Source of the DNA: Mobula hypostoma
Lineage: Eukaryota
Reading direction: 5' to 3'
Assembly: GCF_963921235.1 (NCBI RefSeq)
Contig: NC_086108.1
Span: 109,742,001-109,806,000, forward strand
Length of the DNA: 64,000 nucleotides
The first letter of the stretch is position 1; each line of letters begins with the position of its first letter. A model generated the notes under the pieces. That model ran no database searches. It was not told the DNA's origin and saw only the letters and a program-made list of their open reading frames with translations. Positions 48,097 through 62,068 of the stretch are shown in pieces. The translations under genes were made by a program, and so were the position numbers.

Positions 48097-49478
48097 AGCA
48101 ACGCACGCACACACAAGATGCTGCAGGAACTCAGCAGGCCAGGCAGCATCTCCGGAAATGGATACGCGGTTGATATTTCCGGCCGACACCCTTCACTAGG
48201 AATGGAAAGGAAGGAGAAAGTAGCCACGATAAGGTGGTGGGGGGAGGGGAAGGAGTAAACGCTGGCAGGTGATAGGTGAGACCAGGTGAAGGGGAAGGTA
48301 GATGGGTGGGAGTGGGGATATGATGTAAGAAGCTGGGAGGTGATTGATGGAAGAGGTAAAGGGCTGAAGGAGAAGGAATCTGATAGGAGAGGAGAGTAGA
48401 CCATGGGAAAAAGGAAAGGAGGAGGGGGAACCAGAGGGAGGTAATGGGCAGGTGAGAAGAGGAGTGGGAGAGAAACCAGAATGGGGAATGAAAAAAGAGA
48501 ATAGGAAATTGAGGGGCTTTAACCCTCTTAGGTTAAACGAGACCTGGGTGTCATTATACACCAGTCATTGAAAGTGGGCATGCAGGTACAGCAGGCGGTG
48601 AAAAAGGCGAACGGTATGCTGGCATTTATAGCGAGAGGATTCGAGTACAGGAGCAGGGAGGTACTACTGCAGTTGTACAAGGCCTTGGTGAGACCACACC
48701 TGGAGTATTGTGTGCAGTTTTGGTCCCCTAATCTGAGGAAAGACATCTTTGCCATAGAGGGAGTACAAAGAAGGTTCACCAGATTGATTCCTGGGATGGC
48801 AGGTCTTTCATATGAAGAAAGACTGGATGAACTGGGCTTGTACTCGTTGGAATTTAGAAGATTGAGGGGGGATCTGATTGAAACGTATAAGATCCTAAAG
48901 GGATTGGACAGGCTAGATGCGGGAAGATTGTTCCCGATGTTGGGGAGGTCCAGAACGAGGGGTCACAGTTTGAGGATAGAGGGGAAGCCTTTTAGGACCG
49001 AGATTAGGAAAAACTTCTTCACACAGAGAGTGGTGAATCTGTGGAATTCTCTGCCACAGCAAACTGTTGAGGCCGGTTCATTGGCTGTGTTTAAGAGGAA
49101 GTTAGATATGGCCCTTGTGGCTACAGGGGTCAGGGGGTATGGAGGGAAGGCTGGGTTCTGAGTTGGATGATCAGCCATGATCATAATAAATGGCAGTGCA
49201 GGCTCGAAGGGCCGAATGGCCTACTCCTGCACCTATTTTCTATGTTTCTATGTTATAGCACCTTCCCCATCCACCTGCTCTCACCTATCACCTACTAACT
49301 GTGCTCCTCCGACCTTCTTATTCTGGCTTCTGCCCCCTTCCTTTCCAGTCCTGATGAAGAGTCTCGGCCACAAACCATCAACCATCAACTGTTCATTCCT
49401 CACCCTGGATGCTGCCTGACCTGCCGAGTTCCTCCAGCAGGTTCCGGATTTCCAGCATTGGCTGGATCTCTTGTGTTT
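48097..49478. mobile_element. Older fold-back Penelope pLTR pair with a CR1 near its centre
   Basis: pLTR (-) at 48097-48510 and pLTR (+) at ~49258-49478; degenerate flanking duplication. Confidence 0.65.
48536..49252 (+). mobile_element. Young CR1 3' fragment
   Basis: Near-identical to 22333-23050. Confidence 0.95.
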
Positions 49479-49715
49479 ACACACAACCCGAGCTCATTCA
49501 GAGTTTAATCACCATTAGGTGAACAATAGTGACAGAATGAAAAAGCAGTTGAATTTTTCAGATATCTTCAGGAGAAATAACTTTGCACAATCAGATATAT
49601 TAACAATACCCGAAAAACTTTTGTGATATAGATTCAAGCTTCATGATTCAGATTTATTTATCACATGTACATCGAAACATAGAGTGACATGCACCATTTG
49701 TGTTAACAACTAACA

Positions 49716-49940
49716 CAGTGGCGTAGCAGTTAGTGTAAAACTATTGCAGAGCCAGCGCCTCTGTCTGTAAGGAGTTTGTACGTTCTCCACGTGACCATGT
49801 GGATTTCCTCTGGAAGTTCCGGTTTCCTCCCACATTCCAAAAAGACGTACGAGTTATTAGGTTAACTGATCGTGTGGGTGTAATCGGGCAGCGTGGGTTC
49901 GTAGGGCCAGAAGGGCCTGTAACTGTGCTGTATCTCTAAA
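49716..49940 (+). mobile_element. V-SINE (HE1-like)
   Basis: ggagtttgtacgttctcc...ggtttcctcccacattccaaa. Confidence 0.75.
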
Positions 49941-50654
49941 TTAAAATTGAAAAATTAAAAACGCACCCAAGGGTGTGATGGGAGCAGCCCGCAAGAAGTT
50001 GCCACACATTCCAACACCAAGATAGCACGCCCACAATGCTCGACAGAACACAACGAACAACAAACAGGAACAACAAAACAAGCGCTGATGGATAAATATA
50101 TATACACTTTAATATTAATAACTTATGCAGATAGATACAGGAATCGACAGATATAGTGATTAAGACATAGGTACAATATATAGATAGACGGACGCATACA
50201 TTGTGCAGAGAGATCTATAAGTAGGAGAGAGCCAACAGCTATTGCTTTTTTACAGATTACAGTCAATAAGAAACACCCGCTCTCTTCTGTTTCCTAACCC
50301 CAGTCTAAGGCTTGACTGTTGAACAAAGATCGGCCCGTCTCGGTGATTGAGTAGCCGGGACCACAGCAGTGTACAACTGGGGATTGCTGCCACCCGTTAA
50401 ACTAACTTCATTGTAAACAATACAAAAAGTGGCCCATAAAGACAAACACCCATAGCTGGCCTGGAATTCATCGGGTGCTCCTGCAGAGCTCAAAGGCCAC
50501 AGTAATGTGCTTTTCCTTATTAAATATAATGTTGCTTTTATTGCCTTCAAATCCTCAGCTACACATGGATCAGCTATCGGTCCATGTTAGAATGACTCTA
50601 TAACTGCTCAAAGTATTCCTTACTGCACCAAATACAGAACAGATATTTCATATT

Positions 50655-51025
50655 TATGACCATAAGGCATAGGAGCAGAATCAGGCCATTCAGCCCATCG
50701 AGTCTGCTCTGCCATTCCATCATGGTTGATTTATAATTCCTCTTAACCTCATTCTTCTGCCTTCTCCCTGTAACCTTTGATACCCTGACAAATCAAGGAC
50801 CTATCAACCTCCACCTTGAATATACCCAATGATTTGGCCTCCAGAGCCCTAAAGAAACTCTCCTCATCTCCATTCTAAATGGGCATCCCTCTATTCTGAG
50901 GCTGTGCCCTCTGGTCCTGGATCCCCCACAAAAGGAAACATCCTCTCCATATCCACTTTCGATAGGTTTTAATGAGATTCTCTTCATTCTTCTAAACTCC
51001 TGTGAGTACAGGCCCAGAGCAATTA
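50655..51025 (-). mobile_element. CR1 3' fragment
   Basis: GSRTRGHSLRIEGCPFRMEMRR. Confidence 0.8.
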
Positions 51026-51219
51026 AGGACTCATAAAGTTCTCCAGCACAGAAAAAGACCCTTCAGCCCATCGGTGTCCATGCCAGCCAGAAAGTACCTT
51101 CCAGCTCACCTCGTTTCCCAGCAGATGGCCCATATCCACCTAAACTCCTGTCATCTATACACCTGTCCACCTACACGGAACAGTACAGCACTGTACGAGC
51201 CCTTCACCCATGCTGTTGT

Positions 51220-51966
51220 GGCCACTCTATTAGGTACAGGAGTGGAACCCAGTGTGGATTCAAAGTGTTGTGCGTCGAGAGATGCTCTTCTGCACACTGC
51301 TGTTGTACCATCTGGTTATTTGAGTTATTGTCACCTTGAACCAGTCTGGCCATTCTCCTCTAACCTCTCTCATTAACAAGACATTCTCACCCACAGAACA
51401 GCCGCTCACTGGATGATTTTTGCTTATCGCAGCATTCTTGTAAACTCGAGAACAGGGTTTTCCAACAGATCCCTCAGTTAATGGTAGGGGTCACAGGATT
51501 AAAAAGATTGGGGACCTCTGCTATAGCGACTGCTGTGCCGGAAAATCTCAAGAGAGCAGCCACTTATGCGATACTCAAACCACCCCATCTGGCACCAACA
51601 ATCATTCCACGATCAAAGTCATTTAGCCCATTTCCTCCCCATTCTGATGTTTGGTCGGAGCAACAACTGATACTCTTACACACAAAATACTCTGCAGGTT
51701 CTGGGGTCAAAGCAACACGCACAACACGCTGGAGGAACTCAGCAGGTCGGGTAGCATCCGTGGAAACGAACAGTCAACGTTCTGGGCCGAGACCGGTGTC
51801 CGCCCGAAACGTTGACTGTTCGTTTCCACGGATGCTGCCTGACCTGCTGAACTGATACTCTTAACTATGGCTGCATGCTTTTATGTATTGAGTTGCTTCC
51901 ACATGATTGGGTGATTAGATATTTGCATTAACGTACAGGTATACCTAATAAAATGGCCACTGGGTG
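51220..51966 (-). mobile_element. Second deleted Tc1 copy, with nested hAT MITE and Penelope fold-back
   Basis: Reverse-complement homology to 1740-2200; TIR cctaataaaatggccactgggtg followed by TA. Confidence 0.75.
51679..51849. mobile_element. Miniature fold-back Penelope pLTR with 14-bp TSD
   Basis: AACTGATACTCTTA at 51665-51678 and 51850-51863; arms gcatccgtggaaacgaacagtcaacgtt / aacgttgactgttcgtttccacggatgc. Confidence 0.85.
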
Positions 51967-52862
51967 TATTTTGTATTTAGAGCCATAGGGGTCTACAGTT
52001 CGGAAAAGGCCTTTTTGCCCTTCATATCCATGTCAGCTAAGATGTACGTTCAAGCTAATCCCACTTTCCAGTCCTTGGCCTGTATCCCTCTAAACCGTGT
52101 ACCTCTCCATTTTCACAGAACAGTACAGCATCATAAAGGCCCTTCGGCCTACAGTGTCGTACCAGCCTACATAAGCCTAGAGCAGCACACACAAAATGCT
52201 GGAGGAACTGAGCAGGCCATGCAGCATCTATGGATATGAATAAACAGTCAATGTTCTGGGCCAAGACCCTTCATCAGAACTTACATCCATGTGCCTAAGA
52301 TCCTCTTTGATGTCCTATTGTCACAGCAGTATGACTAGATAAGGAGCTGTTAGGGCAGGCAACTAAAGTCTAGTCTGAACCTGAAATATAGAGGAGTTTT
52401 GCACAGTACAGGCCCATCGGCCTACAATGTTGTGCTGACCTATGTAAACCTTCTCTAAGATCAGTCTAACTTTTCCCTTGCACACAGACCATAGACTTCC
52501 ATTTTACATCCATCTGCCTATGTCTCTTCAGAATCTTTTGAAAGCCCCCTGTGTATCTGCCTCTAACACCAGCCCTGGCAGGGGGTTCCACATCCTCACA
52601 ACTCTGTAAAAACCTACCACTGACATCCCCCCATACTTTCCTCCAATCACCTTCAAATTACACTCCTTGTGTTATTGTCAGAATTAACATGCTTGTAATG
52701 CTGCTGCTGGTTTTGTAGTGGAACCGTACCATGCCATACTTATGCACAAGACCATCAATCTGACACAAAATTAAGCAATATATCTGGAGAATCAAACCCA
52801 GCCTCCTCTGGACATAGAACGGTACAGCATATTACAGGCCCTTCGGACCATGATGCTGTACT

Positions 52863-53230
52863 TGTGACGAGACGGCTAGGCGAGGATGGGAAGGACCCTA
52901 GTGCAGGTGTATCCAAGGCTAGACTTCAGACATGATTTCGAGGTTGAGGCGAGAGCAGGGTTCTTGACTAGATGCTAGGTGAGAATCCAAAAGAGACAGA
53001 AATCCAAAAATGCAGTCACAAACTGAACTAGAGCCGTGCTGCCGACCGAGCAACGAACCAGAGGTCAAGTGCACTTTAAATATTAAACTCCTGGCATGGC
53101 ACCAAAACATGGCCACCAATTTGCAGAGAGGCCCAAAAACTTTAAAGGGACCACACCAGTAATCCATACTCTGGAGAAATGGAGCATCTAAACCCCAGAA
53201 GCTGGTGTGGGTCAGGTGCGTATAGTACCA
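52863..53230. mobile_element. Possible solo LTR inserted in a CR1 tail
   Basis: Starts TGTGAC and interrupts a CR1 3' UTR; right boundary and TSD unclear. Confidence 0.35.
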
Positions 53231-54431
53231 GAGCTGACTTACTCCGAGAACAATCTAACCTTAGCGCTCCATTTTTCTTTCATCCATATTCCTATCTACG
53301 AATCTCTTAGGTGTCTCTAACGTTTCTGTCTTTACCACCACCCCCATCAGTGCATACCACTCTCTGTGCAAAAAAAACCTCTGATGTCCCCCCCTAAACG
53401 TTCCTCCACTCACCTTAAACACATGTCCTCAGGTATTGGTCAGGTGAGGGGATGTGACTAAAGCTTAATCTGAACATAAAACATGGAACATTACAGCACT
53501 CTACCGGCCCCATGTCCCACAATGTTGTGCTGCCCTATAATAATCTACTCCAACGTTAATCTCACCCTTCTCTCCTACACAGACGTAATCCTCCATTTTC
53601 ATATATCCCTATGCTTTTCCAGGAGCCTTTTGAGACTGTGTGGCCAGTCCACCCACAAGTGTAAACAAATAAACCTCTCCTGAGTTTACTTCCCCAGAAC
53701 CCAGACAGGGCCCAAGCCTTGAAGACTCAGTAATCAGAATCAGGTTTATTACCAGTAAAGTACATGGATATGGACCCTACAACTTTTGCACAGTACTCTA
53801 GTCACTTTTACGTATTGCACTATACCGCTGCCACAAAAAAAAACAAAGTTCATGACATATGTGAGTGACAATAAACCTGATTCTGAAATGGGTCTCCATT
53901 GTGGACTGAGAGTGGGTAGAGGGCAGGGAAAGGGGAATCATGGTTGGGGAAAAGGGGAAGGGAGCATGAAACATGAGAGAGACATTCTATGATGATCAAT
54001 AAACCAGATATGCGGAATCAAATGATCTTGCCTGGTATCTCAGGACTGGGTATGACTGCAGCACCATCACTCATCCCAGATTTCCTTCTCTGTCACCTGT
54101 CCTGCGATACTCCATCCTCACCATTCCCAACATCGTTTGTTCCCACCACATTTACAAATTTGCTCTCCACTCCACATTGACAAATACATTGCTGTGCCAA
54201 AGTCTTCAGCACCCTAGCCATGCACATGGGCCCAGGACCTTTGCACAATACTGTATGCTGTGAAATTTGTTGTTTTATGGCAGCAGGGCAGTGCAAGGCA
54301 TAAAAACTCAAGTTCGACCCTACTATCGCGCCTGACCAGTTGACAGCAACTTCCACTAATTTACTTTTATTTTATTTCTCTTTATTTAGACACGGCATGA
54401 TAACAGGACCCTCCGGCCCAATGAGCTCATG

Positions 54432-54942
54432 CTTTGTGTGCAGTTTTGGTCTCCAAATTTGAGGAAGGACATTCTTGCCATTGAGGGAGTGCAGCGTAGG
54501 TTCACGAGGTTAATTCCCGGGATGGTGGGACTGTCATATGTTGAAAGATTGGAGCGACTGGGCTTGTATACACTGGAATTTAGAAGGATGAGAGGGGATC
54601 TGATTGAAACATATATTATTGAGGGATTGGACACGCTAGAGGCAGGAAACATGTTCCTGAGGCCACAGTTTAAGAATAAGGGGTAGGCCATTTAGAACGG
54701 AGTTGAGGAAAAACTTTTCCACCCAGGGAGTTGTTGATCTGTGGAATGCTCTGTCTCAGAAGGCAGTGGAGGCCAATTTTCTGGATGCTTTCAACAGATA
54801 GAGCTCTTAAAGATAGTGGAGTCAAGGGATATAGGGAGAAGGTAGGAACTGTATACTGATTGTGGATGATCAGCCATGATCACAGTGAATGGCGGTGCTG
54901 GCTTGAAGGGCCAAATGGCCTACTCCTGCACCTATTGTCTAT
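54432..54942 (+). mobile_element. CR1 3' fragment
   Basis: Same subfamily as 58866-59532. Confidence 0.88.
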
Positions 54943-55639
54943 TGCCTCCCAATTATACCAATGTGACCCGCAGGCAAATAGAAGAGGGAAGGGAGAGGGG
55001 GAGAAAAGTTACTGGAGGGAGAAATCGATGTTCATGCCGTCAGGCTGGAGGCTAACCAGACAGAATATGAGGTGTTGCTCCTCCAACCTGAGAGTGGCCT
55101 CATCGTCGCAAAAGAGGAGGTCACGGACCAAAATGTGACTTGCCCTCTCCTCCCACAGCGGCGAAGGAGGCAACTATGCACATGCCAATCACAGGAACAG
55201 AGATCATCAGTCATATACATAACATACATAGCCAGAGTCACCGGCCATACACTACAGGGAATTTGCTATTTATTGTTGTTAGTTCAGTTCACTAAAACAG
55301 AACATAACTCAAACCTTCAGGGTTTATGAAACCTAACCTCGAGCTAAACTATCCCTTCTGTTCAATGTTCCAACTAATTTGTTTTACAGCTGCACAGACC
55401 AACCATTGCTCTGAGCAGGAAATTTTTACACAGCCTGAAAACTGCAAAGCACTTTAATATTAACATCATATAAAAGAAAATTCCAATGTGCAGCAACAAA
55501 GGCTATGCACGTGGGAGCATTTGTTACCACACGGCTGTGCATCCGCACAGCTTAGAGGGAGAGGAGTTCCTCTTGTATTAAAGGCCAATGATAACATACC
55601 ACTTGCAGTACGCAAGTTTTAAATAACAATGAAAAATCC

Positions 55640-55925
55640 ACAGTGGTGTAGCAGTTAGTGTGACGCTATTACAGCTTGGGACGTTCAGAGTTCAGGGTTC
55701 AATTCCGGTGGTGTCCATGAGGAGTTTGTACATTCTCCCTGTAAATCCCGTGAGCTTTCTCCTGGAGCTCCGGTTACCTCCCACAGTCCAAAGACGTACT
55801 GGTTAGAGGTTAATTGGTCATTGTAAATTTTCCCATGATTAGGCTCGGATTAAATAGGTGAGTTGCAGGGCAGTGCAGCTCGATCAGCCAGAAGGGCCTG
55901 GTCTGTGCTGTAACTCTTAAATAAA
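55640..55925 (+). mobile_element. V-SINE (HE1-like)
   Basis: tRNA head, V-domain and tail. Confidence 0.75.
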
Positions 55926-57087
55926 AGTTAGGCTTTAATCTTTTATGAGCTGCGTGTGTTTGCTTACTTAGAAAGAAGTATATTTTAAAGTTAAACTATA
56001 AAGGAGATGCTTGAAGGAGAACAAGAGGAAGGGATGATAAACAGGAAAGGTTTCACAAGAGAACCGGTTAGAGATAGAATCAGATAACACTGACATGATG
56101 CACTCACTCCCCTCACCCTTCACATGGGAACACAACTATGTTAGAGCTGTATTGATTCTGCATCATAATATCGGACAATAACAAGCTGCTCTCAGTGTGA
56201 GACGGGGCTTTTAATCGTCACGGTTCTTCCAGAACCTTATCCGAAGGGAAAATCTGACACCTACTGGAAAAGTATGGAAGGCAAGCACAGACCAAAAGGG
56301 GAAACGTTCACGCACCGTGAGTCTAAATTTGCAAACTCTGGTCTATAGGCTTCATAGCATCGAATAGGCATAGAGTATGGAAGCAGACCATTCAGCCTAT
56401 GCTATTGACGCTGACCTGTGGAATCTATATTGTTTTTATTTAGGGGTACAGCACAGTAACAGGCCCTACAAGCCCATGGCATCCAGTTACATCCGAGTGA
56501 CCAATTAGCCTACTGACCAGTACACCTTTGTGTGTGAGCAGGAACCAAAGCACTTGGAAACTCACGCCGTCTCAGGGTGGACATACAAACTCCTTACAGA
56601 CAGTGATGGGAGCCTCTCCATACACCTTTGTAATGTGGAAGGAAACCCACAGGGTCATGAGGAGAATGTATACACCCCTTACAAGCAGCGGTGGGAACTG
56701 AACGCTGGTCATTGGTGCTGTAATAGTGTTACACCAACTGCTACACTACCCTGCTGACCCATATTCCAGCATTCAGCTCATAGCCTGCTGTACCCTGGCC
56801 GTTTAAATGCTCGTCTGGACACTTCTTAAACAATGTCAGTCCCTCTGCTTCACCACTCTTTCAGGCAGTGTGTTCCAGGTACTCTACTCACTACACACTG
56901 GGTGAAGAAGGTCCCCCACACATCCCCTCTAAATCTTAACACCTTTACTCTAAACTCATGTCCTCGAGTTTTATCTGTCCTGATATGGAGAGATGTTGCA
57001 TTTCCTCCTCATCAAGAGGAGGACCTCATTATTTTTTCCTGTCTTTTTGCACTACTTGCTTAATTTACTTATATATATATACAGCAC

Positions 57088-57153
57088 TGTACTGTGAAAA
57101 AGTTTTAGGCACATATACATGGCTAGGGTGCCTAAGACTTTTGCACAGTGCTG
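57088..57153. mobile_element. ~65-bp Tc1-like hairpin MITE
   Basis: gtactgtgaaaaagttttaggcac...gtgcctaagacttttgcacagtgc; further copies at ~54187-54253 and ~58079-58140. Confidence 0.65.
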
Positions 57154-57164
57154 CAATAATTTCA

Positions 57165-57685
57165 TGATCGCAAGACCCTGCAGCGGATAGTGAGGTCAGC
57201 TGAGAAGATCATCGAGGTCTCTCTTCCTGCCATTACAGACATTTACACCACACGCTACATCTGCAAAGCAAACAGCATTATGAAGGACCCCACGCACCCC
57301 TCATACAAACTCTTCTCCCTCCTGCCATCTGGCAAAAGGCACCAAAGCATTCGGGCTCTCACGACCAGACTATGTAACAGTTTCTTCCCTAAGTCATCAG
57401 ACTCCTCAATACCCAGAGCCTAGACTGACACCAACCTACTGCCCTCTACTGTACCTATTGTCTTGTTTATTATTTATTGTAGTGCCTGCACTGTTTTGTG
57501 CACTTTATGCAGTCCTGGGTAGGTCTGTAGTCTAGTGTAGTTTTGTGTTGTTTTATGTAGTTCAGTGTACTTTTTGTATTGTTTCATGTAGCACCATGGT
57601 CCTGAAAAACATTGTCTCGTTTTTACTGTGTACTGTACCAGCAGTTATGGTCAGAATGACAATAAAAAATGGCTTGACTTGACTT
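57165..57685 (+). mobile_element. Rex1/Babar 3' end
   Basis: RSAEKII...KDPTHPSYKLFSLLPSGKR; (TTGAC)n tail. Confidence 0.85.
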
Positions 57686-58319
57686 GATGTATTGCATCGT
57701 ACTCCTGCCACAAAAAAAAACAAATTTCATGACGTATGTGAGTGATGATAAACCTGATTCTGAAATGGGTCTCTATTGAGGACTGAGAGTGAGAAGGGGG
57801 CAGGGAGAGGAGAATCATGGTTGGGAAGAGGGGAAGGAAGAGGGAAGCACCAAAGGGACATTCTGTAATGATCAAAAACCCATTTTGTTTGGAATCAAAT
57901 GACCCTGCTTGGTGTCTCAGGGCTGAGCGTGTCTGCGGCCATGCCAACCACCATCCCTGGCACTCCTTCTCTGCCACCTGTCCCACAGCCCTCCCGTGGC
58001 ACTCCACCCTCACCATTCCTAATATCCTTTGCTCCCACCAAGTTTACAAAGTCGCTGTCCGCTCCACGTTTACAAATACAGTACTGTGCAAAAGTCTTAA
58101 GCACCCTATAGATACATGCGTAAGACTTTCACGCAGCACTAATAGTTTGTTGTCCACCCCCCAGTCAGTTCCAAGCTGAGAGTTTTCCAGCCAAAGTTTG
58201 TTGTGTGGGGACCCCCCCCCCCCCGCTATTTCAAAGACCATCCTACTTCCCATATGCAACCAGAACAGTGGTCAGAACAATATATCATTATCCAGGTGTG
58301 GACTCTTAATCGGGTGATA

Positions 58320-59532
58320 CTGGTTTCAATCACAAGGTCATGCCGCAGCTCTATAAAATCCTGGTTAGAACATACATTGAGTATTGAGTTCAGTTCTGGT
58401 CACCTCATTATAGGAAGGATGTGGAAGCTTTAGAGAGGGTGCAGAGAAGGTTTACCAGGATGCTGCCTGGATTGGAGAGCATGTCGTATGAGGATAGGTT
58501 GAGTGAACTAGGGCTTTATTACTGCTGCCACAAAACAACAAATTTCACAACATACTGTATGTCAGTGATACTAAACCTGATTCTTTGGAGCGAAGGATGA
58601 GAGGTGAATTAGTACAGGTGTACAAGATGTTAAGAGGCATAGATAGAGTGGACAGCTGGAAACTTTTTCCCATGGTGGCAATGGCTAATACAAGGGAGCA
58701 TCATTTTAAGGTGACTGGGGGAAAGTACAGCAGAGATGTCAGAGGTAAGCTTTTTTTTGCACAGAGAGTGGTGGGTGTGTGGAACACAATACCGGGAGTG
58801 GTGGTAGAGGCAAATACATTGGAGATGTTTAGGAGACTCATAGATGGGCACATGGATGAAAGCAAGCAAGTACAGCAGGCAGTGAAGAAAGCTAATGGCA
58901 TGCTGGCCTTCATAACAAGGGGAACTGAGTACAAGAGCAAAGAGGTCCTTCTGCAGCTGTACAGGGCCCTGGTGAGACCACACCTGGAGTACTGTGTGCA
59001 GTTTTGGTCTCCAAATTTGAGGAAGGACATTCTTGCTATTGAGGGAGTGCAGCGTAGGTTCACAAGGTTAATTCCCGGGATGGCGGGACTGTCATATGTT
59101 GAAAGATTGGAGCAACTGGGTTTGCATACACTGGAATTTAGAAGGATGAAAGGGGATCCGATTCAAACATATAAGATTATTAAGGGATTGGACACGCTGG
59201 AGGCAGGAAGCACGTTCCCGCTGATGGGTGAGTCCAGAACCAGAGGCCACAGTTTAAGAATAAGGGGTAGGCCATTTAGAACAGAGTTTAGGAAAAACTT
59301 TTTCACCCAGAGAGTGGTGGATATGTGGAATGCTCTGCCCCAGAAGGCAGTAGAGATCAAGTCTCTGGATGCTTTCAAGAAAGAGATGGATAGAGCTCTT
59401 AAAGATAGCGGAATCAAAGGTTATGGGGATAAGGCAGGAACTGGATACTGATTGTGGATGATCAGCCATGATCACAGAGAATGGCGGTGCTGGCTTGAAG
59501 GGCCGAATGGCCTACTCATGCACCTATTGTCT
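58320..59532 (+). mobile_element. Nested CR1 3' fragments (junction near 58866)
   Basis: ORF 58585-59451 fuses two CR1 C-termini. Confidence 0.88.
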
Positions 59533-60330
59533 AAAGAAAAATGGAGGTCTATTGTCTGCCGGAGATTGGTCATGGAGTGGATTAAAAGGTCAGTACGACA
59601 TCGTGGGCCAAATCACCTGCACTGTGATTTGGTGCTCAATTAAGGGGAAAAAAAATGTGGATCGCAGTGATAAAATTGGTGGCATCTGGCTTCGAACAGT
59701 GCAAGGAAATGCCACAGAGAATCCCATATGTTACTGCACAAGTCTGATGGGCCAAATACCCTCCTCTGCTTTCATGTGCAGTTCGCAGCATCCCATCAAT
59801 AGGACAGATGCAGATGCTTTGGAGAAGGATGTGGAGCCTTAACCACTGGGCATTTCACCGCCGTCAGAAAGGCAGATCTAGGTTACAAGGTGGATCGTGC
59901 TTTGTCAAATGCAGTCGGAGGGGACGAGCTTAGATCGACATCTTGGGAGGTATGGATAAGTTGAGCCGAACGGACTGGTGCCATGTTGGCTCCTCTGGTC
60001 CTTTGACCTAAAATGCCATCTCTACCTCTCTCTCCACGGACACCAGCAGACCCACAGAATATTCGCAGCAGTCTCCATTTGTTTTAATGGACCGGAGTGA
60101 GATCGGCCTTGGGCACGTCAGACCTGCCAGTCAAGTGGGCCACACACATTTTGGAATGATGAGCGCAGAACTGGAGAAGGTTTAAAGATCTAAGTATTAG
60201 CTTTATTTGTCACATGTACATTGGAGCATACAGTGAAATGTGTCACTAGCTTCAGATCAAATCAGCAAGGATTATAGAGTCATGGACTCGTAGAGTACTG
60301 CAGAACAGAAACAGGCCCTTCAGCCCATCT

Positions 60331-60526
60331 GAAGCGACACACACAAAATACTGGAGGAACTCAGCAGGTCAGGCAGCATCTACGGACAAGAATAAACAGC
60401 CTCAGCCCGAAACATTGACTGTTTATTCATGTCCATAGATACTGCCTTGCCTGCTGAGTTCCTGCAGCATTTTCTGTGTGTTGCTTTGAATTTCCACATG
60501 CAGAATCTCTCAAGTTTGTCTAATCA
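60331..60526. mobile_element. Miniature fold-back Penelope pLTR
   Basis: Inverted arms around a partial hammerhead; AGCCCATCT at 60322-60330 and 60527-60535. Confidence 0.75.
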
Positions 60527-60939
60527 AGCCCATCTAATCCATAATGACCTGATATTCTGCCTCGTCTCACCTACCTGCACCCAGCTGGTCCAAGAACTCT
60601 ACCTCACTATTATGCTCCCTTTCTGCGCTAATTTTTTTTCCATTTCTTATTGTAATTTATTATAGTTTTTAAATGTCTTGCATTGTACTGCTGCCACAGA
60701 ACAACAAATTTCCCTGCACGTCGATGATAGTAATCCTGATTCTAAATTAAACCACATCTACCAGTTCTGCTGTTCTACGTAACAGCATCTTCAAATTGGA
60801 TCATCTGGTCAAGGTGTGTAGGGTGGAGACGCAATGTTCAGTGACCGGAACAGCAGTCCAAAAGTCTTGATCACCGTGAGTTCAAATCCCACCACAGCCA
60901 CTATGGAACTTAAGTTCAGTCAACGAATCTGGAATTAAA

Positions 60940-61290
60940 CATAAAATACTGGAGGAACTCAGCAGGTCAGGCAGCATCTATGGACAGCAATAAACAGTCG
61001 ACATTTCAGGCTGAGGCCGTTCTTCAGGACTAGAAAGGAAGGGGGAAGAAGCCAGAATAAGAAGGTGGAGAGGGAAGGGAAGAAGGTGACGAAGTACGAA
61101 GCTGGGAGGAGATAGGTGGAAAAGGCAAGGGGCTGAAGAAGAAGGAATCTAATGGGAGAGGACAGAGGGCTATTGGAGAAAGGAGCAACCAGAGGGAGGG
61201 GATGAGCAGGTGAAAGGGTAATCAGGCTGGGAATGGAAAAAGAGAGAAGGAGGGAGGCAGGAAAATTAGTGGAAGTTGGAGAAATCAACT
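60940..61290 (-). mobile_element. Penelope pLTR fragment with hammerhead remnant (60995-61032)
   Basis: Reverse complement reads tagtc-CTGAAGA-acggcctcagcct-GAAAT-GTC-gactg. Confidence 0.75.
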
Positions 61291-61946
61291 AGTCAGATAT
61301 TGCAAAGAAACTGCCAATTCTGGTTGAGAAAGGACCACCTTCCCCCCCCCCCCCACCCCCATCTGTAGGGGACTGCGGACCCACCATAGTGCTGGGATGC
61401 TGATAAATGCTGGCTTTGCCAATGACATCCAGACATGAAAGCAGAGGGCTGTAGCCTCAGCGTTAACAGGAATGTAAACATCATCTGCAGGTAAACCAAG
61501 TGCAGCTCCAACGAAGCACGCGTAACTCTAATGTAACAATTAGCAGCACAGATTTTGAAGTCACATTCTCTTGCTTTCTTGCTATGGATTTTCTTTTAAG
61601 CTAAGACACATGATTCACCGCTCCTGGCCCCCACGTGCCCTGTAACAGTCAGGGTCAGAGTTGTGGGGGAGCAGTGGAGGGAGGAAGAGTGGGTCCCAGA
61701 GGTCACTCCAGGTTGAAAGCGAAGCTGTGATTCCACCGCCCACCACCCGAGTCTGCTTGAGATGGTTGGCGGGTGAGAGAGGCTGGGGGGGGGGGGCGGG
61801 GTGTTCACTGTACGTGGTGGGAGTCCTCTCGCCCACCCACGGATCCTCCGGGCTGAGGGAAGTTCCTTGTCCAAGAACTCCGAGCTTCCTCACACACCTC
61901 CCCTCCCCGCCGTGAGAGGAAAGCAGGAACCCTGGCTACAAGCAGG

Positions 61947-62068
61947 TCAATGTTGGCCAAGTCTTCCGGTGTGGAGGCTGCGGGAGCGGGGCAAGACCGC
62001 TGATCCACGGCTGAAGGTCATCGGCAAGGTCTTCATGGTCAGCTGGACTCCAGAGGGAGGCAGGGACC
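61947..62068 (-). CDS. Candidate terminal exon of a - strand gene
   Basis: gtcttctgtctgcttccag/ acceptor; GC-rich unique sequence; two open frames (SLPPSGVQLTMKTLPMTFSRG...QH* or VPASLWSPADHEDLADDLQPW...CL*); ~600 bp of non-repetitive UTR-like DNA follows. Confidence 0.4.

Noticed and set aside
58585..59451. 288-aa ORF as a gene with a duplicated domain
   Set aside because: In-frame junction of two nested CR1 3' fragments
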